Of a stretch of 64,000 bases of DNA, positions 53,407-62,341 are shown one piece after another. The DNA comes from Alphaproteobacteria bacterium (GTDB lineage: Bacteria > Pseudomonadota > Alphaproteobacteria > RF32 > CAG-239), in contig JAZNJJ010000028.1 of the NCBI GenBank assembly GCA_045577985.1, forward strand, positions 133,403 to 197,402, given 5' to 3'. How positions within the stretch are numbered: position 1 is the first letter of the stretch; each line of letters starts with the position of its first letter. The notes under the pieces were generated by a model, which made no database searches, was not told the DNA's origin, and saw only the letters and a list, made by a program, of their open reading frames with translations. A program made the position numbers and the translations under genes.

Positions 53407-53972
53407 TTGAAATAATCTTTACTGTTTATTGCTTGTCTTTCAACTTCAGCTATTTCAAAGAATGGTGTTTTTTCACAAGTAATTCCCAACATTTTAGCGA
53501 ATATACTTTGAGGAAAAATTTCAACAGCATTTTTAAGTTCATTAACATTAGCATTATAAAAACGGCGAGCAGCAGCAATATGTTCTTCAACTTCATTCAT
53601 ACTTTGCATAGCTGTAATCATAGTTTGGTTTGATTTCAAATCAGGATAATTTTCCAAAGAAATGCGAAAATCATGCAATTTTTGGTTTAACAAGTTTTCA
53701 GCTTCCATTTTTTGCGCAGGATCACCAACAAAACTATTTTCCATAGCTCTCGAACGCAGTTCTGTTATTTCTGTAAGCAATGTTTTTTCGTGTTCCATAA
53801 ATTTGGCTGCCATATTTAACATATTAGGTATCAAATCATAACGTTTTTTAAGCTGAACATCTATATCTGCCATTGATTCCAAAGTTTTATTTCTTTTTTC
53901 AATAACACCTTTATATAACCACCATGATATTACAGCAACGCCTAGCAAAACATATAAAGTGATATCATCCAT
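53403..53972 (-). CDS. lemA: LemA family protein
   Basis: N-terminal TM, DVQLKKRYDLIPNMLNMAAKFMEHEKTLLTEITELRS, and ARRFYNANVNELKNAVEIFPQSIFAKMLG. Confidence 0.88.
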   Translation of the reverse strand: MDDITLYVLLGVAVISWWLYKGVIEKRNKTLESMADIDVQLKKRYDLIPNMLNMAAKFMEHEKTLLTEITELRSRAMENSFVGDPAQKMEAENLLNQKLHDFRISLENYPDLKSNQTMITAMQSMNEVEEHIAAARRFYNANVNELKNAVEIFPQSIFAKMLGITCEKTPFFEIAEVERQAINSKDYFK

Positions 53973-54058
53973 TTTCTTTTCTCCTTTTATTTATTAACCT
54001 TAAAAAACTTTAACACTCTTTTATTAATAAAAACTGAATCTAAATGTTTATTTTTTTA

Positions 54059-54087
54059 TTGAATAAAAACTGTTATTGTGTTATAAT
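54059..54087 (+). promoter_or_regulatory. Candidate promoter
   Basis: TTGAAT (54059-54064), 17 nt, TATAAT (54082-54087). Confidence 0.5.
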
Positions 54088-54115
54088 CGTGAAACTTTTA
54101 AAGGAGGTGGGTAAA

Positions 54116-54391
54116 ATGAGCGAACAAGTTATGAGTAGAGAAGACAAAATTAGAGAGTACATGGAAAAAATTCATTTACTTAACAGCAAAAATCATCAAA
54201 AGGTAAATGTATCTGGCAGAGAAAATACTGACGGTTTAAGAATGGAAATAACTGTAGATACTATTAAAGCAAGCAAAATTCTTAATGAGGGTAGTAATAC
54301 TCGTAAAGAACGCCAAATTGAAGATAAAACCCGCCAAAACACAAAATTACGTTCCAGACAGCGAGTTAGAGAAAAAGTTAGAGGACTATAA
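54116..54391 (+). CDS. Small highly basic hypothetical protein
   Basis: 91 aa from ATG 54116, 6 nt after AAGGAGGTG. The longer track ORF includes the promoter region. Confidence 0.55.
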   Translation: MSEQVMSREDKIREYMEKIHLLNSKNHQKVNVSGRENTDGLRMEITVDTIKASKILNEGSNTRKERQIEDKTRQNTKLRSRQRVREKVRGL

Positions 54392-54465
54392 TTTGTATTT
54401 GACAAAGTATTTTTGATGTTATACTTTGTGTGCCGATCAAAAAATTATTTAATAATTATTCGTAT

Positions 54466-54969
54466 ATGGGAAATAAAATCTTAACACTCATTCAGCAAAA
54501 TGAGTTTCAAGAGCTTGAAGCTACTCTGTTTAATAGAAAATTAGCAGATAACAGCGAAGGCTCTTTTACTGAAGTTATGGAGCTTGAAGAAGAGCTTGCT
54601 CTTGTTGATTTACTAAAAAGCAAAAATGAAACAGTCGCTCAAAACGCTGAAGACATTTTGCAAAAATACTCGTCTTGTTACCCTTTATTCAATGATACAC
54701 TCAATGTGTTAATTGAAAATATTGCAGAAAACAGAATGAGAAATATCTTGTTCAATCAGATAACAAGATATTCATGTAATGATACAAGTGCTCGAAAAAT
54801 TTGCATGATAGCAAATTCAACTCCTCCAGATGAAGAACTGTTACATATATTTTGTAAAAGTGCGCGCATTTTCTTTTCAGATATATATCAGATGCTAGAT
54901 AATATTGATGAAAGATGGGCAACACTATACAAAACCTCTATTGTACAGTACAATGCTAAAAAGCTTTAA
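54466..54969 (+). CDS. Hypothetical protein
   Basis: 167 aa from ATG 54466. The track starts at GTG 54430, immediately after a TATACT -10-like box. The start is uncertain. Confidence 0.45.
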   Translation: MGNKILTLIQQNEFQELEATLFNRKLADNSEGSFTEVMELEEELALVDLLKSKNETVAQNAEDILQKYSSCYPLFNDTLNVLIENIAENRMRNILFNQITRYSCNDTSARKICMIANSTPPDEELLHIFCKSARIFFSDIYQMLDNIDERWATLYKTSIVQYNAKKL

Positions 54970-55097
54970 AATGCTTATGTTCGTACCTAAATCTATTATA
55001 GATTTAGGTATTTTTGTTTTTACAAATAATTTTTATTATAAAAATAATTGACAACTCACAAGATTATTCTTACTATTTAGTGATAGAGGAGAAAAGT

Positions 55098-55538
55098 ATG
55101 CGTAATTTATATAATGCAGTTCATTTAACAACCGAACAAAAAGTCGCATATATTCGTGTACTTACGTATTTAGCAAAGTCAGATAGAAATCCCGATTATA
55201 TTGAGCGTGGATTTATAAAAAAACTTATTTTGAGAATGAATTTAACTGACGATATTTTAAAAAGCATTTTCGTTCCTCGAAATCAAGAAGAACTATATAG
55301 AGCTTTAATGCCTATAAGCACAAGAACTATTGCAATTGATTTAATTCACTGTTTATGGTTTGCCGCTTCAGTTAATAGTATGATTACTGATGAAGAAATT
55401 GCTATTATCAGAAAAGTTGCAATGATTTTAAGAATTGATAATGATACATTGTTAAATATTCATAACTTCGTTACTGATGAGATTATGTTCTTACAACAAG
55501 CAAGAGATGTTTTGGAAGCTGATGATATAAGATGCTAA
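55098..55538 (+). CDS. TerB-like / DjlA-N-like hypothetical protein
   Basis: 146 aa from ATG 55098 behind GAGGAG. There are paired amphipathic segments (VAYIRVLTYLAKSDRNPDYIERGFIKKLI ... LIHCLWFAASVNSMITDEEIAIIRKVA). The family call is tentative. Confidence 0.4.
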   Translation: MRNLYNAVHLTTEQKVAYIRVLTYLAKSDRNPDYIERGFIKKLILRMNLTDDILKSIFVPRNQEELYRALMPISTRTIAIDLIHCLWFAASVNSMITDEEIAIIRKVAMILRIDNDTLLNIHNFVTDEIMFLQQARDVLEADDIRC

Positions 55539-55539
55539 A

Positions 55540-55572
55540 ATAAAAAATCCTGAGAAATACTCAGGATTTTTT
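55540..55572. terminator. Bidirectional intrinsic terminator
   Basis: A6, then ATCCTGAG-AAATA-CTCAGGAT, then T5. Confidence 0.8.
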
Positions 55573-55576
55573 ATTA

Positions 55577-56107
55577 TTAAAGCTTAAACATGGGCCAGCG
55601 ACCGATGTCACTTAAATAGCAAGCTGTGATATTATCATATTTTCTTAAGACATTCACAGTAGCATTAAAATTAAAAATTTGCCCATCGTTAAATTCTTTA
55701 TGGATATCCAAATCAAAAATCAATTCATCAATCGGCACACCTTTAAGATGACCTTCTTCATGAATCTGCTCAAGTTCACATCCGGTTACAAAGCAAGGAA
55801 AGACGACATATCTACCGACTTTTATTCCCCATAGATATTCTAAATCTTTATACCAGACTTCATTGGTGATGAGCATTCTTCCATTTTTGATGTAGACCAA
55901 ATCCAAACAAGTGCCTTTTAAAGTTAGTACGCTATAGAACCAATCATACAGGCAAAATACCAACAAGCAAATAGCAGATAACGCTAAAAGCCACCAATAA
56001 TTTTGTGCAAATCCGAGCTGTTCAATACATCGTCCGATAAACAGACCAAACGTAAGTCCGGACACCACCAGCAAAAACTCTCGAAACGCTTTCCAGTAAA
56101 TATTCAT
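55577..56107 (-). CDS. Two-TM hypothetical membrane protein (related motif to 20580-21284)
   Basis: 176 aa with two N-terminal TM helices, then LVYIKNGRMLI...LWGI. Confidence 0.55.
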   Translation of the reverse strand: MNIYWKAFREFLLVVSGLTFGLFIGRCIEQLGFAQNYWWLLALSAICLLVFCLYDWFYSVLTLKGTCLDLVYIKNGRMLITNEVWYKDLEYLWGIKVGRYVVFPCFVTGCELEQIHEEGHLKGVPIDELIFDLDIHKEFNDGQIFNFNATVNVLRKYDNITACYLSDIGRWPMFKL

Positions 56108-56149
56108 AATAATATAAATTTAGATTAATAATTACATTTATGGTTTGAA

Positions 56150-56178
56150 GATTTAACATTTATTTTATTTTTTGTCAA
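56150..56178 (-). promoter_or_regulatory. Candidate promoter of 55577-56107
   Basis: On the minus strand: TTGACA (56178-56173), 17 nt, TAAATC preceded by TGT (extended -10-like). Confidence 0.4.
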
Positions 56179-56182
56179 CTTT

Positions 56183-56218
56183 AAAAACGAAAAAGGGGCT
56201 TCTCACGAAGGCCCTTTT
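56183..56218 (-). terminator. Intrinsic terminator with GUGA tetraloop
   Basis: On the minus strand, GGGCCTTC-GTGA-GAAGCCCC (one mismatch) followed by TTTTTCGTTTTT. Confidence 0.6.
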
Positions 56219-56281
56219 CCTTAATAAACAAATAAACAAAAATGGCAAAACATAGTGTGAACCTCAATAAAATGAGATCAG

Positions 56282-56299
56282 GATCTTCTCACGAAGATC
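56282..56299 (-). other. GUGA-capped hairpin 29 nt after the stop of gene 56328-57215
   Basis: On the minus strand, GATCTTC-GTGA-GAAGATC. It shares the 12-mer CTTCGTGAGAAG with the hairpin at 56195-56214. Confidence 0.6.
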
Positions 56300-56327
56300 A
56301 TTTTTGACTTAAAACAGAGAACTCTCT

Positions 56328-57215
56328 CTATGAATGATGAACACATGTGTAGTGTCCGTTCACAATCTTATAGACATCAAAGCAGTCAAACTCTTCTCCA
56401 TCGCATCTAAATAGATATTCGTGCGTAATGCTACCATCTTTATTAATATGGCAGTCATCATCAAACGGAGAGTAGACAACTTTGTCAATAAAATCATCAC
56501 CTAGGTGAAAACATTCGTTGCCGTACGTTGTTCCCGTCAACAAAATATCAGAAACATCTGTACGCTTGATAACAACAAAAGATCCCAGAGGGCGAATTTC
56601 TGCACTATCAAAAACAGCGAAAACAAAGTTGTTCAACAAGAACAAATGATACTCTTCTGACCGATCGTACACTAAACTCCATGGCATTTGCTCGAACTTA
56701 TTGTTGCGTAAAACGTAGCCGTCGCATCCCCAAACAAATGACATTCCACACTCGTTATTAGCGAGAACATCGTCAGTAAGAATTTGCGGTTCGCCGTTTT
56801 TATCTTCACAACAAATATAGTATCTTCCATCGGAGAACAACACAAACTTTTTACGACTTTTCAGTTCTTCAGATATCTTCAGACTATTGAAAACATCTGA
56901 AATTCCATCAGGTAGTTTTTTGAAACCGGCTTTGTTCTTTTCAACAAACAGCAAACAATCTCCAACTTTTGAAAACTGTTGGTTAACAAAATCATCACCA
57001 GAACCGAACTCGTAAAATTCTGCATTTGTCATCCATTTTTCAAAATAGTCGTTATGCTGATCATCTTGTTTTTTAACATAGATGTCTTTACCAATTTGAA
57101 AAATTTTGCCCTGCCATAACTCACGCATTTCTGTTACTTTACCTAAACTTACTAGGTTTCTTCCGTCAAAGCTGTATGCATTTGACAAAGAATCTAAAAT
57201 AATTTGACTCTCCAT
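56328..57215 (-). CDS. Hypothetical Cys-rich cytoplasmic protein
   Basis: 295 aa from ATG 57215 (MESQIILDSL...). The 46 extra N-terminal residues in the track ORF are a translation of the A+T-rich divergent promoter region. Confidence 0.55.
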   Translation of the reverse strand: MESQIILDSLSNAYSFDGRNLVSLGKVTEMRELWQGKIFQIGKDIYVKKQDDQHNDYFEKWMTNAEFYEFGSGDDFVNQQFSKVGDCLLFVEKNKAGFKKLPDGISDVFNSLKISEELKSRKKFVLFSDGRYYICCEDKNGEPQILTDDVLANNECGMSFVWGCDGYVLRNNKFEQMPWSLVYDRSEEYHLFLLNNFVFAVFDSAEIRPLGSFVVIKRTDVSDILLTGTTYGNECFHLGDDFIDKVVYSPFDDDCHINKDGSITHEYLFRCDGEEFDCFDVYKIVNGHYTCVHHS

Positions 57216-57346
57216 AACACAATTTTTTTGAATGAATAATATATTGATTAACTCGAAGAATCTTACTAAAAAATTGACTATAATTATAATTTTTGTATCC
57301 GTAAAATATACAGCAAAAATAAAAAAAGCAAGTAAAAAATCAACTA

Positions 57347-57375
57347 TTGACAAAATATATCAAAAATAGTACATT
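57347..57375 (+). promoter_or_regulatory. Candidate promoter of 57418-57927
   Basis: TTGACA (57347-57352), 17 nt, TACATT (57370-57375). Confidence 0.5.
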
Positions 57376-57417
57376 TCTAATGTTATTCAAATTATTAATC
57401 TTAAATTTACATACATT

Positions 57418-57927
57418 ATGCGTTTAGTATTATTTCTTTTATCAGTGCTCGGCTTTCTTTCATTAATTTTTATGGGATTATATGAAACAACCGTTGAATG
57501 CACTACGTTCTTTGGCATTTTAGCCGGTATTTTCACCGTTATTACAGTACCTATTTTATATTACAGACTGTATAAAATGAGAGGCGGTGTGATAGCGTAT
57601 ATTTCCGTTTGCGGTCTAATTTTAGGACTATGTTGCGCATTGGGAAATATGTTTTGTGTAAATTTGCCAAAAACTGAAAATATGATGTTTGTCGTCGGTT
57701 TTAGTGCATGTATTTTATTATCTGCATTTTACAGAAATAGAAACAAACAAAACTTATGGTTTATTATAGCGTTATCATTTCAACTGATTGCGAAATCATT
57801 GAACTTGTGTATACTGTACAGTTTGTTGCCTCAAATGCCATGGGTAATGGCAATCATAGGCGCTCTTTGTATAGTAAGCTGTATCATATTCATTGTAATC
57901 ATGAGCAAGATCTTAATCAAAAAGTAG
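57418..57927 (+). CDS. Polytopic membrane protein, unknown function
   Basis: 169 aa with about five hydrophobic helices. Confidence 0.55.
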   Translation: MRLVLFLLSVLGFLSLIFMGLYETTVECTTFFGILAGIFTVITVPILYYRLYKMRGGVIAYISVCGLILGLCCALGNMFCVNLPKTENMMFVVGFSACILLSAFYRNRNKQNLWFIIALSFQLIAKSLNLCILYSLLPQMPWVMAIIGALCIVSCIIFIVIMSKILIKK

Positions 57928-57933
57928 AACATT

Positions 57934-57967
57934 AAAAAACTCTCTTCAATATGAAGAGAGTTTTTTA
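57934..57967. terminator. Bidirectional intrinsic terminator (57418-57927 / ugd)
   Basis: A6, then CTCTCTTCA-ATA-TGAAGAGAG, then T6. Confidence 0.85.
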
Positions 57968-57969
57968 TT

Positions 57970-59268
57970 TTAACTCTTGCGACCAATACAATGATATACG
58001 AAACCTAAATCATGTATTTGCTTCTTATTAAGTATATTACGGCAATCAATTATTATTCTATTATTAACTAAAGTAGATATTTTTTGCCAATCTAAGTTAA
58101 CAAAATCCTTCCACTCTGTTAAAATTGCAACAACGTCAGCACCTTTTACTGCTTGATATGCATCTTCTGCGTATTCTATCGAATCATTTAATATTTTTTT
58201 TGCCGATGACATTGCTTTAGGATCATAGCCGATAATCTTAATGTTTTTGTTTAACATTTCTTGCACTATCTTAATTGCCGGACTTGTACGACAATCATCT
58301 GTTCCGTCTTTGAATGCTAATCCCAAAACAGCAACTTGAGCATTATCTTTTCCTGCTGATTTCAATATTCTTTGTGCAATCTGTGCATGACGTTTCTCAT
58401 TTTCGTCAATAGTTATATCGATTAGAGGCATTGTAATTCCATATTGGCGAGCCATAAATGACATTGCATTAGTATCTTTAGGAAAACAACTTCCACCAAA
58501 ACCGGGACCAGCCTTTAAAAACTTGTGACCGATACGACTATCTAACCCCATTCCTTGAGCAACTTCGTCAATATCTGCACCGGATACTTCACAAAAATTT
58601 GCCATTTCATTAATATAATTAATCTTTACAGCTAAGAAAGCATTAGAGGCGTACTTTATTGTTTCACTTGATTTGCGACTAACATAAAGAATCTTAGCAT
58701 CTTTAAATGGTGCGTACAATTCAGCCATAACTTTACGAGCCTTTTCCGAATCTGTACCAACAACAATTCTATCTGGTGAGAAAAAATCATGTATAGCAAA
58801 ACCTTCTCGTAAAAATTCCGGCAAAGAAATTACATCAACATCTGCTTGAGGATTTACTTTTTGGATAATGCTTTCAATTTTATCTCCGGTTCCAACCGGA
58901 ACTGTTGATTTTGTAGCTACAACAGTATAACCAGTTAGATATTCAGCCAATTCAGATGCTGCTGCTTCTATATATCTTAAATCAGCCTCCTTAGTTATTG
59001 GATGAGGAGGTGTGCCTACAGCCAAAATAACAACATCAGCACCTTCTACTCCACTTTGCATAGATGTTGTAAATGAAAGCCGTTGAGCTGCTATATTTTT
59101 TTTGAATAATTCTTCAAGTCCGTCTTCAAAAAGAGTTAATTCACCATTTTGAAGTTTTTGAATTTTATCTTCATCTTTATCAATGCAACATACTGTATTA
59201 CCCAATTCGGCAAAACCAACTCCTGATGGCAATCCAACATATCCGGTACCAACTATGGCTATTTTCAT
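57970..59268 (-). CDS. ugd: UDP-glucose 6-dehydrogenase
   Basis: MKIAIVGTGYVGLPSGVGFAELG, and GGSCFPKDT with the catalytic Cys. Confidence 0.9.
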   Translation of the reverse strand: MKIAIVGTGYVGLPSGVGFAELGNTVCCIDKDEDKIQKLQNGELTLFEDGLEELFKKNIAAQRLSFTTSMQSGVEGADVVILAVGTPPHPITKEADLRYIEAAASELAEYLTGYTVVATKSTVPVGTGDKIESIIQKVNPQADVDVISLPEFLREGFAIHDFFSPDRIVVGTDSEKARKVMAELYAPFKDAKILYVSRKSSETIKYASNAFLAVKINYINEMANFCEVSGADIDEVAQGMGLDSRIGHKFLKAGPGFGGSCFPKDTNAMSFMARQYGITMPLIDITIDENEKRHAQIAQRILKSAGKDNAQVAVLGLAFKDGTDDCRTSPAIKIVQEMLNKNIKIIGYDPKAMSSAKKILNDSIEYAEDAYQAVKGADVVAILTEWKDFVNLDWQKISTLVNNRIIIDCRNILNKKQIHDLGFVYHCIGRKS

Positions 59269-59304
59269 AAATAATCTCCTAATTTCATAAGCTCGTTAAT
59301 TAGA

Positions 59305-60957
59305 TTATACTAAACGTGAATTGTCAATAGCCGCCTTGATAAAAGACACAAATAATGGATGTGGCTCAAAAGGACGAGATTTTAATTCTGGATGGAACTG
59401 CACTCCAATAAACCAAGGATGATCAGGTCTTTCAACTATTTCAGGTAATTTACCGTCAGGAGATGTTCCGACAATACTCATTCCTGATTTAGTCAGCATA
59501 TCTTTATATTTAATATTTACTTCGTATCTGTGACGATGGCGTTCAAAAATTGTTTCTGCACCATAAATTTGCGCCACTTTTGATGATGGACTAAGTTTAC
59601 ACTCATATGCACCTAAACGCATTGTGCCACCTAAATCACCGTCTTTATGACGAATTTGTTTGGCGCCATCTTTATCCCATTCAGTCATCAAACCGACTAC
59701 AGGTTCACAATTTTCATCTAATTCCGTTGTATTGGCATTCTTTATACCGCATAAATTTCTCATTGTTTCAATAACAGACATTTGCATTCCAAAACAAATT
59801 CCTAAGAATGGAACGTTGTGTTCACGAGCATATTGAACTGCGTTTATCATTCCTAAAGTTCCTCGCTCGCCAAAACCTCCCGGAACCAAAATAGCGCTTA
59901 CATCATTTAATATTTCAGAAGGATTACGTTTTTCCAAATCTTCAGAATCGACCCACTTAATTTTGACTTTATATTTATTGGCAAGCCCGCCATGAATAAT
60001 AGCTTCGTGCAATGATTTATATGCTTCGAGCAACATCATATATTTACCTACAACGGCAATACGTACCTCTCCTTCCGGAGATTTTAATATATTGACAATA
60101 TTTTGCCACTTACTTAAATCACTTGGTACATCATATGGTAAATTAAAATGTTTGCACACTTGTTTATCCATTCCTTCAGCAGAATATGCTAATGGAACCT
60201 GATAAATGCTTGCTGCATCCATAGCTGTTATAACATTTTCTTCTTTTATATTACAGAAAAGAGCTAATTTACGTTTTTCATTCTCAGGTATTGGCATTTG
60301 TGAGCGACATAAAAGCATATCTGGCTGAATACCATATTCCTGTAATTTTTTAACAGAGTGTTGTGTTGGTTTTGTTTTTAACTCTCCTGCTGTTGGAATA
60401 AATGGTAATAATGTTACATGAACAAACATTGTTCTATCACGCCCTAGTTCATAAGCTATCTGACGAATGGTTTCTAAATATGGTTGTCCCTCAATGTCAC
60501 CAACAGTTCCCCCTATTTCACATAAAACGAAATCTTCATCAGTAATATCAGATAAGATGAACTCTTTAATTTCATTAGTAACATGAGGGATCACTTGGAT
60601 GGTTGCGCCTAAATAATATCCATGACGCTCTTTATCTATAACTCTTTGATAAATTTTTCCGGTTGTAATACTATCTGTTTTCTTGGCAGGAACGCCCGAA
60701 AATCTTTCATAATGTCCTAAATCCAAATCAGCTTCTGTTCCATCATCTGTTACAAATACTTCGCCATGTTGACAAGGATTCATTGTTCCCGGGTCAACAT
60801 TTAAATAAGGATCCAACTTGCGTAGTCTTACTTTATAACCACGTGCTTGTAAAATAGAGGCTAATGAGGCAGAGGCTAAACCCTTTCCTAAAGATGAAAC
60901 TACTCCACCTGTGATAAATATAAATTTAGATTTTGGATTAACATTAATTTCAGACAT
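59305..60957 (-). CDS. pyrG: CTP synthase
   Basis: [16 protein letters not shown], the glutaminase LGICFGMQ and HRHRYEVN. I set the start at ATG 60957 (the track uses TTG 60975). Confidence 0.95.
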   Translation of the reverse strand: MSEINVNPKSKFIFITGGVVSSLGKGLASASLASILQARGYKVRLRKLDPYLNVDPGTMNPCQHGEVFVTDDGTEADLDLGHYERFSGVPAKKTDSITTGKIYQRVIDKERHGYYLGATIQVIPHVTNEIKEFILSDITDEDFVLCEIGGTVGDIEGQPYLETIRQIAYELGRDRTMFVHVTLLPFIPTAGELKTKPTQHSVKKLQEYGIQPDMLLCRSQMPIPENEKRKLALFCNIKEENVITAMDAASIYQVPLAYSAEGMDKQVCKHFNLPYDVPSDLSKWQNIVNILKSPEGEVRIAVVGKYMMLLEAYKSLHEAIIHGGLANKYKVKIKWVDSEDLEKRNPSEILNDVSAILVPGGFGERGTLGMINAVQYAREHNVPFLGICFGMQMSVIETMRNLCGIKNANTTELDENCEPVVGLMTEWDKDGAKQIRHKDGDLGGTMRLGAYECKLSPSSKVAQIYGAETIFERHRHRYEVNIKYKDMLTKSGMSIVGTSPDGKLPEIVERPDHPWFIGVQFHPELKSRPFEPHPLFVSFIKAAIDNSRLV

Positions 60958-61003
60958 AGTATTACCTTTATTCAATGAAAAATTAGTCTATAAAAAAGCG
61001 ACA

Positions 61004-61027
61004 AAGGCACTTAAGGAAAAGTGCCTT
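61004..61027 (-). terminator. Hairpin between secG and pyrG (weak terminator/attenuator candidate)
   Basis: On the minus strand, AAGGCACTT-TTCCTTA-AGTGCCTT, then TGTCGC, then TTTTTT. Confidence 0.35.
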
Positions 61028-61052
61028 ATGTCGATTGAATTTCTCAATTTTC

Positions 61053-61388
61053 TTACTCCGCTACAGGAACTTCTGGTTCACTTGGAGCTGGCTGTGTTTC
61101 AGCAGGTGCTGTTTGAGAAGCAGGAGCACTATCAACAATTGATGTGCTTTTATATTCAACTCTGCTGAAGTAAATGGATATTGCCATACTTAAAGCGAAG
61201 AATAATGTCGCTAAAATTGCCGTAATTTTAGTCAAGATATTACCCTTTCCTCTAGCACTCAACAAACCACCTACACTATTGTCTCCTCCTAAACCACTCA
61301 AAGCACTACCGTTTGAGCGTTGTAACAAAATTACAGCTACTAAAAAAATAGCTACGATAAGTTGTAAAACTAACAATACAGAACCCAT
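61053..61388 (-). CDS. secG: Preprotein translocase subunit SecG
   Basis: LLVLQLIVAIFLVAVILLQRSNGSALSGLGG, followed by a second TM helix. Confidence 0.85.
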   Translation of the reverse strand: MGSVLLVLQLIVAIFLVAVILLQRSNGSALSGLGGDNSVGGLLSARGKGNILTKITAILATLFFALSMAISIYFSRVEYKSTSIVDSAPASQTAPAETQPAPSEPEVPVAE

Positions 61389-61401
61389 TTCTAATCCTTT
61401 C

Positions 61402-62160
61402 TTATTTACAAGCGTTTTGAGCTATACCAATAAAATCTTCAACCTTTAAACTTGCGCCACCGATTAAAGCACCGTCAACATCAGGAAGAGATAATAATTC
61501 TGCAGCATTACTTGGCTTTACAGAACCGCCATACAATATACGCATCTTATTGGCTGTAGATTTTCCTAATTTTTTAGCTAATGCCTTTCTGATTGCGGCA
61601 TGAACTTCTTGAACATCAGAAGCGGTCGGAGTTTTTCCAGTACCAATTGCCCAAATCGGTTCATATGCTATAACAGTATTTTTGGCTGTTGCTGTTTCAG
61701 GTACTGAACCAAAAATCTCTTCTTGGCAAACTTTAATAGTTTTTCCTTCAACACGTTCTTGATCTGTTTCTCCGATGCAAATTACAGTATTTAACCCAGC
61801 ATTATGAGCGGCTACTGCCTTTTTACATATTAACTCGTTAGACTCCATATGATCAACTCTTCTTTCTGAGTGACCAATAATAGCATATTGACAGCCCAAA
61901 TCAGTTAACATCAAAGGACTGATATCACCAGTATGAGCACCCTTTGTTTCAAAATGTACATCTTGTGAACCTAAAGCAATTTTTGTTCCACGCAAACATT
62001 TCTTTACGAAGCCAATCAAGGTAAAGGGAGGACAAATTAAAAATTCGCAATTAAATTTATTCTCTTTTACTTTTGTAGCAATACCTTTTGCCAAAGATGT
62101 TCCTTCTTCTAACAAACAGTTCATCTTCCAATTTCCGGCAATAAGTTTCTTTCTAGCCAT
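61402..62160 (-). CDS. tpiA: Triosephosphate isomerase
   Basis: LIAGNWKMN, AIIGHSERR and AYEPIWAIGTGKT. Confidence 0.95.
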   Translation of the reverse strand: MARKKLIAGNWKMNCLLEEGTSLAKGIATKVKENKFNCEFLICPPFTLIGFVKKCLRGTKIALGSQDVHFETKGAHTGDISPLMLTDLGCQYAIIGHSERRVDHMESNELICKKAVAAHNAGLNTVICIGETDQERVEGKTIKVCQEEIFGSVPETATAKNTVIAYEPIWAIGTGKTPTASDVQEVHAAIRKALAKKLGKSTANKMRILYGGSVKPSNAAELLSLPDVDGALIGGASLKVEDFIGIAQNACK

Positions 62161-62279
62161 TATCGATTTCCTTATAAATTATTTAAACTGGTGTTCTTTT
62201 AACATACTAAAAAATATTTTTCTACTATAAAAAACAATTTAGCCACTATTTTATTGCGTTGAATAATTTAATTTAGCAA

Positions 62280-62307
62280 TTGCATTCACTATTTAATTAT
62301 TTATAAT
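62280..62307 (+). promoter_or_regulatory. Candidate promoter of ppiD
   Basis: TTGCAT (62280-62285), 16 nt, TATAAT (62302-62307). Confidence 0.5.
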
Positions 62308-62341
62308 GAGGCAAAAATAACTTTTTATAGGAATAATAATA

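Noticed and set aside
57216-57353. The 46-residue N-terminal extension of ORF 56328-57353.
   Set aside because: It is a low-complexity translation of the A+T-rich divergent promoter region, which contains the TTGACA-17-TACATT promoter of the opposite gene. An internal ATG at 57215 starts the globular sequence.
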